A stretch of DNA of 15,458 bases from Bacteriovoracaceae bacterium (GTDB taxonomy: Bacteria > Bdellovibrionota > Bacteriovoracia > Bacteriovoracales > Bacteriovoracaceae): NCBI GenBank assembly GCA_049599895.1, contig JBMYPC010000072.1, forward strand, positions 1 through 15,458. Reading direction: 5' to 3'. The stretch's first letter is position 1; every line of letters starts with the position of its first letter. The position numbers were made by a program, and so were the translations under genes. The notes beneath the pieces are model-generated. The model made no database searches. It was not told the DNA's origin and saw nothing but the letters and a program-made list of their open reading frames with translations. Below are positions 7,660-15,171 of the stretch, piece after piece.

Positions 7660-10434
7660 TTATTTTCTTTCGTATTTAGTATGTTCTTTATGAAACGCCT
7701 TATTCATGATTTCATTTTGCTCTTTAATATGAGTTGAAGGAAATCCGGTCGCAGGAGAAGCCGATGGTTTTCTTGAAACTCTCGTGTATCGTCTAAAGTT
7801 TCTGTACCTTAAAAGATAAGTCCAAGCTCCCATGTTCTTAGGCTCTTCTTGAACCCAAAAGAAATCAGCATTTTCGTATTTCTTCTCAATGACATCAATT
7901 TGTTTTTCCGGAAGTGGATAAAGTTGTTCCAGTCTCACAATCGCCACATCTTTCTCGCGACCAAGCTCTTCTCTTTTTTGAAGTAAGTCGTAATAGACTT
8001 TTCCCCAACAAACGAGAACTCTTGTCACATCTTTAGCATCAACCGCGTGATCATCAATCACCTCTTGAAACTTTCCATTTTCAAGTTCTTCAACAGTGCT
8101 GATGCACTTTGGATGCCTCAGAAGTGATTTAGGGCTGAAATGAATCATAGGCTTTCTAAACGGCCACGCAAGTTGTCTTCGTAGAGCATGAAAAAAGTTT
8201 GCAGGCGTTGAGCAGTTCACCACAACCATATTGTCATTAGCTGCAAGCTGTAAAAATCTTTCAGGTCTTGCACTTGAATGCTCCGGTCCCTGCCCTTCAA
8301 AACCATGCGGAAGAAGCAGAATAATTCCCGACATCCTCTTCCACTTCATCTCAGCAGACGAGATAAACTGATCGAGAATAATTTGAGCACCATTACTAAA
8401 ATCTCCGAATTGAGCTTCCCAAATAGTAAGCCCTTTTGGATGCGCTAAAGAATAACCGTACTCGTAACCGAGAACTGCGTATTCAGAAAGAATTGAGTTG
8501 TAGATCTCAAGGCTTCCTTGGTCATCGCTGAGATTATTAAGACCGCAATACGAAAGAGAGGTCTTTTCATCAAAAACTTTTGCATGACGGTGAGAAAAAG
8601 TCCCTCTGATCACATCTTGACCAGTAAAGCGGATATGACTTCCCTCAAGAAGGATGGAACCATAGGCTAAGGATTCTCCTAATTCCCAGTCAATCACGTT
8701 ATCAGCAAATCTTTTCGCTCTTTTTTCAATAATTCTTTTGGCCTTTCTAAGAGGATTAAAATCGGCAGGAACAGAGCTAATCGCATCAACAATTTTTTGT
8801 AGTTTATCTTTAGCGACACCTGTTTCTGGAGAAAAATCAAAATCTCCTTCCTTGGACCAGTCCATTCCCTTCCAGTCTTGATGGGGACCTTTTTTCGGCT
8901 TAGGAAGGTTTTTATCTTTCATATTGTTAAAGAGATCTGAAAGGCGATCTTTAAAGTCTTTGTTCATTTTGTCAGCTTCGCCTTGAGTGATATCACCTTG
9001 AGCAAGAAGCTTCTTTACATAAATTTCCCGAGGATTTTCATGCTTTCCAATAAGCTCATAGAGATGGGGCTGAGTAAATTTCGGTTCATCTCCTTCGTTA
9101 TGGCCATACTTTCTATAACAAACCATATCGATAAAAATATCTTCACCAAACTCTTTTCTAAACTCCACTGCAAACTCTGAAGCATAGACAACAGCATCTG
9201 GATCATCACCATTAACATGGACAATAGGAGCATCGATCATTTTCGCTAGAGACGTACAATAGCTTGAAGATCTCCCTTCTTTCCAATCTGTTGTAAAACC
9301 AATTTGGTTATTAATCACAAAATGGATTGTCCCACCTGTTGAATAACTTTGAAGTTTTGCCATTTGAAGCATTTCATAGCAAATTCCTTGACCTGCAAGA
9401 GCCGCATCTCCGTGAAGAACAATGGGAACACATTTTTTATGACGCCCCTTGTAGCTCATATCAATTTGCGCTCGAACATAGCCTTGCGTGACAGGCCCAA
9501 CAGCCTCAAGGTGTGATGGGTTGGCCATCAACTTTACAATTACTTCTTGTCCCGACTCTGAAGTGACAACCGTTGTATAGCCTTTATGATATTTCACATC
9601 ACCGGAACCTGAGTCATCATCATATTTAATAACTCCGCCCTCAAACTCATTAAAGACGTAAGCATAGGACTTACCAACAATATTTGTCAGAACATTAAGA
9701 CGTCCTCTGTGGGCCATACCGATAACCACTTCCTCTCCCCCCACTTCACCAGTTTTTTGAATCATGGCATCGAGAGCAGGAATGGTTGTCTCACCACCTT
9801 CAAGAGAAAATCGCTTCTGACCTGTATATTTTGTTTGAAGAAAATTTTCAAAAGCCGTGGCTTCATCAAGTTTCTTTAGAGTTCTTTTTTGTTTTGCATT
9901 TGAAGGATTAATATGTCTTGAACCTTCTTCAAGTTTTTTTCTAATCCATCTTCTAATATCAGTATTATTGATGTGAGTGTATTCGATACCAATTGAACGA
10001 GTATAAATGTCTTTAAGAAATTGAACGATCTCTCTTAGAGTTGCTCGCCCTAAACCAACAAACTCACCAACTAAAAACCTTTTATCTAAGTCAGCTTCGC
10101 TAAGGTCGTAGGCTTCTATACCAAGATAAGATTTTCTATCAGCTCTTTGTTGAATGGGATTAGTTTTTGCGATCATGTGACCACGAGAACGATAACCTTG
10201 GATCATTCGAAACACATTAAACTCTGCTCGGAGTTCCTTTTCCGAAAAATCTCCAATTCCTTTTGGACTCGAAGTATCCGCACCTGCTCCAGATTTAAGG
10301 GCAAATTCAAAACCCTCAAAAAACTTTTGCCAAGAATCATCTACTGAATCTGGGTTAGAAGAATAGCTCTCATATAAAGAGTCTATATAAAGGTTGTCTG
10401 ATCCAGCTAAAGGTTCCATGCTTGATCTCTTCAT
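7660..10434 (-). CDS. sucA: 2-oxoglutarate dehydrogenase E1 component
   Basis: KRFSLEGGE, GMAHRGRLN, GDVKYH, TPP motif HGDAA...NNQIGFTT, GHNEGDEP, WEAQFGDF and GQGPEHSSAR. SD GGAG upstream. Confidence 0.98.
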   Translation of the reverse strand: MKRSSMEPLAGSDNLYIDSLYESYSSNPDSVDDSWQKFFEGFEFALKSGAGADTSSPKGIGDFSEKELRAEFNVFRMIQGYRSRGHMIAKTNPIQQRADRKSYLGIEAYDLSEADLDKRFLVGEFVGLGRATLREIVQFLKDIYTRSIGIEYTHINNTDIRRWIRKKLEEGSRHINPSNAKQKRTLKKLDEATAFENFLQTKYTGQKRFSLEGGETTIPALDAMIQKTGEVGGEEVVIGMAHRGRLNVLTNIVGKSYAYVFNEFEGGVIKYDDDSGSGDVKYHKGYTTVVTSESGQEVIVKLMANPSHLEAVGPVTQGYVRAQIDMSYKGRHKKCVPIVLHGDAALAGQGICYEMLQMAKLQSYSTGGTIHFVINNQIGFTTDWKEGRSSSYCTSLAKMIDAPIVHVNGDDPDAVVYASEFAVEFRKEFGEDIFIDMVCYRKYGHNEGDEPKFTQPHLYELIGKHENPREIYVKKLLAQGDITQGEADKMNKDFKDRLSDLFNNMKDKNLPKPKKGPHQDWKGMDWSKEGDFDFSPETGVAKDKLQKIVDAISSVPADFNPLRKAKRIIEKRAKRFADNVIDWELGESLAYGSILLEGSHIRFTGQDVIRGTFSHRHAKVFDEKTSLSYCGLNNLSDDQGSLEIYNSILSEYAVLGYEYGYSLAHPKGLTIWEAQFGDFSNGAQIILDQFISSAEMKWKRMSGIILLLPHGFEGQGPEHSSARPERFLQLAANDNMVVVNCSTPANFFHALRRQLAWPFRKPMIHFSPKSLLRHPKCISTVEELENGKFQEVIDDHAVDAKDVTRVLVCWGKVYYDLLQKREELGREKDVAIVRLEQLYPLPEKQIDVIEKKYENADFFWVQEEPKNMGAWTYLLRYRNFRRYTRVSRKPSASPATGFPSTHIKEQNEIMNKAFHKEHTKYERK

Positions 10435-10531
10435 GAAGGAATCTCCGTTCTTAATAAAAAGTTCTTTCTTTTCATTATGTTAGGCATTGATAAATGATAA
10501 AAGGTGGAAAAAAGGTCTCTATGTTTCAGAA

Positions 10532-10560
10532 ATTATCCTTAAAACTTTACGTCAAAGCAA
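10532..10560 (-). promoter_or_regulatory. Possible sigma70 promoter of the sucA-sucB-lpdA operon
   Basis: Minus strand TTGCTT-N17-GATAAT, about 100 bp upstream of sucA and downstream of the terminator. The AT-rich background makes a chance match possible. Confidence 0.35.
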
Positions 10561-10630
10561 AAGAATAACATGCAATTTTTAAGAATGGTATTGTCAGGTA
10601 ATCGTCATTTTAAAGGAATCTGGGCAGTTT

Positions 10631-10664
10631 AAAATCAAGAAGGCCTCTCAAATGAGAGGCCTTC
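10631..10664 (-). terminator. Rho-independent terminator of the minus-strand DUF4360 gene
   Basis: Perfect inverted repeat GAAGGCCTCTCA-aa-TGAGAGGCCTTC (10639-10664), followed on the minus strand by TTGATTTT, 36 nt after the stop. Confidence 0.8.
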
Positions 10665-10700
10665 GAATGGGAAAGAAAGTGTGTACTTAAAGAAAGAGAC

Positions 10701-11291
10701 TTAGTAACATCTCTTCCACTTAAGGTGATAAACTAGTTTTCCTGTGAAGTCTGCCGAGTCTACTGTCGCAAGAGCTTCTTCTTTTTTGCGGTTCGTTCTT
10801 ACAAGCATTGAAGTGTTAACTCTCATATTTACGTCAGCCCCGCATCTTGACCAAACAAGTGCTCTAAGACCAAGCTTGTCAGAAAGAAGGAACTCATCAT
10901 CTGTAAATCCTCTAAAGTTTTCAGTAAGTTTAGGTCCTCTTCTTCCCGCAAAGAAGTATTCAGCGCTAAATCTTGCTTTGGCTCCTCTTGGAAGTGATAC
11001 ATAACCTCTATAGTCAACATCGACGATGGAAACACTAAAGCCTTGAGGGACGTGAACGGGTATTGCGATGTTACAAGACTTACGAGCGATTCGCTTTCGA
11101 GAGTCACCCCCTGCTTCAACATAGTATTCGTCAAAAAGAACACTTAGTGATGATTGATCAGGGCTTAATACAGTAGAGACTGATCCTTGAGGACAACCTG
11201 ATCCACCATATCCAGGCTCACCTAAATAAAGGCCATTGGCAAAAGCTGAAGACATACTAAGTAGTGCTGCAAGAGTTAATAATAGTTTCAT
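10701..11291 (-). CDS. DUF4360 domain secreted protein
   Basis: Signal peptide MKLLLTLAALLSMSSAFA. Family-typical GSGCPQGS...LSVLFDEY...RKSCNIAIPVHVPQGF...DYRGY...WSRCG...TVDSAD...YHLKWKRC. Strong SD AAGGAG. Confidence 0.92.
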   Translation of the reverse strand: MKLLLTLAALLSMSSAFANGLYLGEPGYGGSGCPQGSVSTVLSPDQSSLSVLFDEYYVEAGGDSRKRIARKSCNIAIPVHVPQGFSVSIVDVDYRGYVSLPRGAKARFSAEYFFAGRRGPKLTENFRGFTDDEFLLSDKLGLRALVWSRCGADVNMRVNTSMLVRTNRKKEEALATVDSADFTGKLVYHLKWKRCY

Positions 11292-11420
11292 TGTGTTTCT
11301 CCTTACGCTTTTTTGAATTCTCTTTTTTATTCAGGGGGAAAGTTTTTCCCCTTGTCTGTGAAACCAATTTGAACGAGAGAAATGAATTCGAAAATAAAAA
11401 ATCAAAAAAAGCTCACCTTT

Positions 11421-11499
11421 CTGCGCCACTTGGTGCAGCTAAAACCGAAAAACTTCTTAAGTTATTAAAATAATGAAAAACACTCTCCACGTGGCGCAG
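11421..11499. promoter_or_regulatory. Paired inverted operator-like dyads flanking an IHF-like box in the divergent DUF4360 promoter region
   Basis: CTGCGCCACTTGGTGCAG (11421-11438, near-palindrome) and CCACGTGGCGCAG (11487-11499, reverse complement CTGCGCCACGTGG). TAAGTTATTAAAA (11458-11470) lies between them and resembles IHF YAANNNNTTGATW. Confidence 0.6.
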
Positions 11500-11611
11500 T
11501 TTCCGCTGTTTGATGTCATTTATTCTTTAAATTCTTTTTCTGAAAATGCATAAAAAGTTTAGAAAGTGAGAGTTCATTGAATAATGACTCGACAATGGAA
11601 GGAGAAAGAAA

Positions 11612-12496
11612 GTGAAAACAAAATTATTTATCTTACTAACGACTTTAGTTTGGACATTTATGACTGTAGCCGAGGCCCTTGAATTTGAAACACCACGGTT
11701 TAGAGGAAGTGGATGTAAAAGAGGAACGACTTCAAGTGTTGTTTCTCCAGATGGAAAGGCCTTGAGTGTTCTTTTTGATGAATTCTCAGTGGAGGTTCCT
11801 CAATATGATGGGGACAACGATAACGATTTCACAGATGACGAAGATAAAGGCAACAAAACATCTAAGAGAAATGAAAATATTGATTATAAAGTTTGTAAAA
11901 TGGTGATTAAGACAAAGATTCCAGAAGGAAAATACATCGATAGCGTTAGTGTTTCTCTTCAAATGAGAGGAAGTACTTTCATTGAAAATGGTGCCCGAGT
12001 TGAATTTAGAAGCCGACTTAATGACTGGCAAGGAAGGTTTAGTAAATTTAAAAAGAACAGTGGAAGAATCTTTGGTCACCTTATCGAAAGAAAAAGATGG
12101 ACTGAAAACAATATGGAAGAAGATTGGAACATCGATAAAAACATCACAATCCCTGTCAAATCAGAATGTAAGGCCAATCAAAAAGACTTTGTTTCTTTTA
12201 GACTGACAAATATGTTGATGGCCAAAGCAGGAAGAAGAGCTGAGGAAGCCTATGCCATGGGAACACTTGATTCAAATGACTTTAGTGGTGAGCTTAATTT
12301 TAAAGTGAACCTAAAGCCTTGCCCTACTCGAGGGAATAACAATAACGGTAGAGGACGCCACAATAACAACAGAGGAATTGATACTGATAACAACCGAAAC
12401 AACAATTCAAATAGTCGCTGGAGATCAAGATATGCCAGAGGACAGTTTGCAGGTATGTTTCAAAAAATCATCGAAAACAGAACAAATAGACGTTAA
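11612..12496 (+). CDS. Divergent DUF4360-family secreted protein with an acidic insertion and an Asn/Arg/Gly-rich C-terminal tail
   Basis: GTG start with SD GGAAGGAG and signal peptide ending AEA. GSGCKRGT...SPDGKALSVLFDEF, KVC, SEC, TLDSND and LKPC align by eye with the neighbouring DUF4360 protein. Confidence 0.85.
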   Translation: MKTKLFILLTTLVWTFMTVAEALEFETPRFRGSGCKRGTTSSVVSPDGKALSVLFDEFSVEVPQYDGDNDNDFTDDEDKGNKTSKRNENIDYKVCKMVIKTKIPEGKYIDSVSVSLQMRGSTFIENGARVEFRSRLNDWQGRFSKFKKNSGRIFGHLIERKRWTENNMEEDWNIDKNITIPVKSECKANQKDFVSFRLTNMLMAKAGRRAEEAYAMGTLDSNDFSGELNFKVNLKPCPTRGNNNNGRGRHNNNRGIDTDNNRNNNSNSRWRSRYARGQFAGMFQKIIENRTNRR

Positions 12497-12501
12497 TCGA
12501 T

Positions 12502-12624
12502 AAGATTTAGGGGTGCCATTTTGAGTCAGAACTTTTTACAAACCAATATAAGCTCTTGAAATTACGTGATCAGTTCTGACAACTTCTTTCACTCCTACAC
12601 TTTCCAGTGGCACCCCCAAATCTT
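12502..12624. repeat. Nested inverted-repeat element (123 bp) upstream of the HTH regulator
   Basis: Outer arms AAGATTTAGGGGTGCCATT (12502-12520) / AGTGGCACCCCCAAATCTT (12606-12624), 17/19 Watson-Crick. Inner arms GTCAGAACT (12525-12533) / AGTTCTGAC (12572-12580), 9/9. Confidence 0.8.
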
Positions 12625-12715
12625 CCCGAGAGTTTTAATCAAAAATTATTTAAAGTGCCTTAAGTTAATCGTTTTGAGGTTTTTAGAAAAAACCAAACTG
12701 ATTAGGGAAAGGTTG

Positions 12716-13480
12716 ATGACAGCGACACAACAGCTAAAAGATGTGGTTTCAAATTACTTAGAGAGTCATCCTAATGTAAGCATCAACGGTCTTGCCAAAA
12801 GATCAGGAATTGGCGCCACAACGATCAGAAGAATCCTTAAAACTGAAAATCAAAAGAACATTGCTCCTCACACTGTCCTTAATCTTTTAAGCACAATCAC
12901 TAAAGAAAAAAGTCTTGGTCGTTTAATCAATACAACTCAAGGCCCTCTTAAAACGCTTTTAAAAGAAAACTTCTCTTGCTTCACAGAAGAAACTCTTGAA
13001 GCGACTTATGATAATAAACTCAATAAGCTTCTCTCTGATTCCACAAGCTATCTTATCTATAAGCTTGCATCGAATCGATCAGGAGTTCGTCTTGAGATCG
13101 TTAAAGAACTTTATGGAAGTGTTGGGATCAATAAAGTTCAAGAGCTTATGAATCACGGTTATCTTAAAGAAACTGAAGGTAAAGTTTTTACAAAAAATAA
13201 AGAGTTCTCACTAGATCTTGAGACAGCCGTTTCACATCTTCCTGAACTCGTTAAGCTTTATAAGCCAAACCAAGTTGAATTAAAAAAGAATCTTTTTTAT
13301 TCTCTTTCTGAAAGTGTCAATGAAGAAGGGATTCAAAAGATCAAAGAAATAGAAAAAGAGGCCATTCAGAAAATTTATAATGTAATGATCTCTCCTTTTT
13401 ATGAAGGTGAAATCCCGTATTTCACCTTAACTTTAAGCGACACAATGTTACCAAGTCTTGGTGACGAAAGGATCCTGTAA
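12716..13480 (+). CDS. Putative DNA-binding regulator: N-terminal XRE-like HTH plus a winged-helix-like middle region (TIGR02147/DUF4423-like architecture), ~254 aa
   Basis: Start moved to ATG12716 (SD AGGGAAAGG). HTH pattern SINGLAKRSGIGATTIRRIL, second wHTH-like segment VRLEIVKELYG...KVQELMNHGYLKETEGK, and C-terminal SESVNEEGIQKIKEIEKEA. Family assignment is from pattern recognition only. Confidence 0.7.
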   Translation: MTATQQLKDVVSNYLESHPNVSINGLAKRSGIGATTIRRILKTENQKNIAPHTVLNLLSTITKEKSLGRLINTTQGPLKTLLKENFSCFTEETLEATYDNKLNKLLSDSTSYLIYKLASNRSGVRLEIVKELYGSVGINKVQELMNHGYLKETEGKVFTKNKEFSLDLETAVSHLPELVKLYKPNQVELKKNLFYSLSESVNEEGIQKIKEIEKEAIQKIYNVMISPFYEGEIPYFTLTLSDTMLPSLGDERIL

Positions 13481-13869
13481 TGAAAGCACTAACTCTAAAA
13501 TTTATTCTTTTAGTCTTTGTTTCTTTCAATTCCCTACTTGCATCAGCTGGAGAAGTCACTGGTGCAGGCCTGACTCAAATCCTTCGAGACAATAATATCA
13601 ACATTGGTCTTCTGAACCAACAAGGTTTTAAAGTGAAAACTTTCAAGCAAGGTGTTACTTCACCAATCAATCACCTTAAATACATCATCAAAGAAAGAGA
13701 AGTTTTTGATACAAGTAAAATCCGTCATATCAGATTTAAAAATGGTCAAAACAGCTTTACCTTCAAAAACATCCAGGAAATTGACTTTAGTAATGGTCAG
13801 GTTCTGGTTCCCTCTGATGTTGATGGGTTTGTGACAAAGCCTGTCTCTAGAATGTTAGGGAATCCCTAA
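13480..13869 (+). CDS. Small secreted hypothetical protein with short internal beta-repeats
   Basis: TAATG stop/start overlap with the regulator. Signal peptide ending LLASA|GEVTGAG. Repeats IRHIRFKNGQ / IQEIDFSNGQ. Confidence 0.8.
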   Translation: MKALTLKFILLVFVSFNSLLASAGEVTGAGLTQILRDNNINIGLLNQQGFKVKTFKQGVTSPINHLKYIIKEREVFDTSKIRHIRFKNGQNSFTFKNIQEIDFSNGQVLVPSDVDGFVTKPVSRMLGNP

Positions 13870-14603
13870 TAGCGGTAATCAAAGTTCTCAAAAATAATAT
13901 TGTCGACAAGACCGTCAACAAAATCGAGTTCCTCTTGGGTCTTCACTGTCCAGGCCAGTAGTGGAATATTAAGAGCGCGGCGCCAAAGCTGGACAGTCAT
14001 CCGATCAACATGATGACAATCAAAGCCTATAAAATGGGGAGCTGTATGAAGGTTTCCGATAAGGCGACTTCGAAAGAGTCCAAAGAACTTATGAACTTTA
14101 TAATGACCAGCAGGCCTTCCTAAAATCCCTCGAGGCATTGTCGGCATATTGTGGCGAAACCACCAAACCGTCCAAGGGTTAAAAGCCTGAATCGCAATAG
14201 GCCCTCTGTAATTTCGCACAATTTGCCAAATGGCCCTTTCTATTTTCCAAGAAATCCCCTCTCCTTTGATTTCAAGAAGAATTGGAGTTCGCCCATTAAT
14301 AAATGAGAGAACTTCACTCAATAGTGGAACCTTCTCATCTGATCCTAAGATTCCATTTTCTTTTATTGTTTGAGCTGTATAGTCCCGAAGTTTAAGATTC
14401 TCTCCAAGAAGTCTCTTGCCATTATAATCATGAAAGACCACCACTGAACCATCCCCTAGAATCTGGGCATCCATCTCAACTGGTAATCCTCGCTCAATTG
14501 CATAACGAAAACTGAGAAGAGAGTTCTCCGGAGCATCCGTAGTTGCGTGATAGCCTCTGTGAGCAATCTCTCTTTCTGTTAACCATTTTAAATTCGCTTG
14601 CAT
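13866..14603 (-). CDS. Glycerophosphodiester phosphodiesterase family protein (GDPD)
   Basis: IAHRG...PENSL, E-M-D...VVFHD, LLEIK and C-terminal AWTV motifs. Confidence 0.93.
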   Translation of the reverse strand: MQANLKWLTEREIAHRGYHATTDAPENSLLSFRYAIERGLPVEMDAQILGDGSVVVFHDYNGKRLLGENLKLRDYTAQTIKENGILGSDEKVPLLSEVLSFINGRTPILLEIKGEGISWKIERAIWQIVRNYRGPIAIQAFNPWTVWWFRHNMPTMPRGILGRPAGHYKVHKFFGLFRSRLIGNLHTAPHFIGFDCHHVDRMTVQLWRRALNIPLLAWTVKTQEELDFVDGLVDNIIFENFDYRY

Positions 14604-14651
14604 AAGCCCATTGTCTCACTTTAAAATTTTCTAGTAAAACAAGGAATTAAT

Positions 14652-15152
14652 TTGAGGCCATTTTTTTTCAAAAGACCAATCCTTTTACTCTTCTTAATCG
14701 TACTACTCACTGGCTGTACTCAAAAATATTTAGGCCTTGAGCCAGAATTCACAGATCGCCCCCTGTCAGAACGAGTGGAAGAATCAAAAAAATTCACCTT
14801 TGATGCCTATAAGTATCCACTACCTGAATATTGGTGGATCTCTATGAATGGAAAAAAATATCGTCCCAACGACCTCGAACATGTGATGGAGGCCACAAGA
14901 CCTGGCAGCTATAAAGAGTGGCGCAAAACGAGTTGGGGTTCAACGATTGCCTATGTCGCGATCATTCCAATGAGTTATTTTCTTTTTAAAACTACCACTG
15001 ATTTTGATTTAACTAACCTTCTTTTATTAGGGGCCTCTGGCGGAGCTTTTGCTTACGGCGCTTATCACGAAATGGAGCAACGAAATAAGATCTTGCGTGA
15101 TCACAACCATGCTTTGCGAGTAAAGTTTAATCTCCTTCGTTACGAATTTTAA
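14652..15152 (+). CDS. Putative lipoprotein with C-terminal hydrophobic helices
   Basis: TTG start with SD AAGGA, lipobox LLTG|C, and two hydrophobic segments near the C-terminus. Confidence 0.75.
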   Translation: MRPFFFKRPILLLFLIVLLTGCTQKYLGLEPEFTDRPLSERVEESKKFTFDAYKYPLPEYWWISMNGKKYRPNDLEHVMEATRPGSYKEWRKTSWGSTIAYVAIIPMSYFLFKTTTDFDLTNLLLLGASGGAFAYGAYHEMEQRNKILRDHNHALRVKFNLLRYEF

Positions 15153-15171
15153 TTTAAATAAACCTTTACCG

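Noticed and set aside
11292..11420. c-di-GMP or other known riboswitch in the DUF4360 leader
   Set aside because: The conserved motifs of known riboswitch classes were not recognisable by eye.
12607..12624. TGGCAC as a sigma54 -24 box (and its mirror at 12513-12518)
   Set aside because: There is no GC at the -12 position with the required GG-N10-GC spacing in either orientation.
12566..12715. 50-aa N-terminal extension of the regulator in the ORF track
   Set aside because: It runs through the inverted-repeat element and has no SD. ATG12716 has an SD and puts the HTH near the N-terminus.
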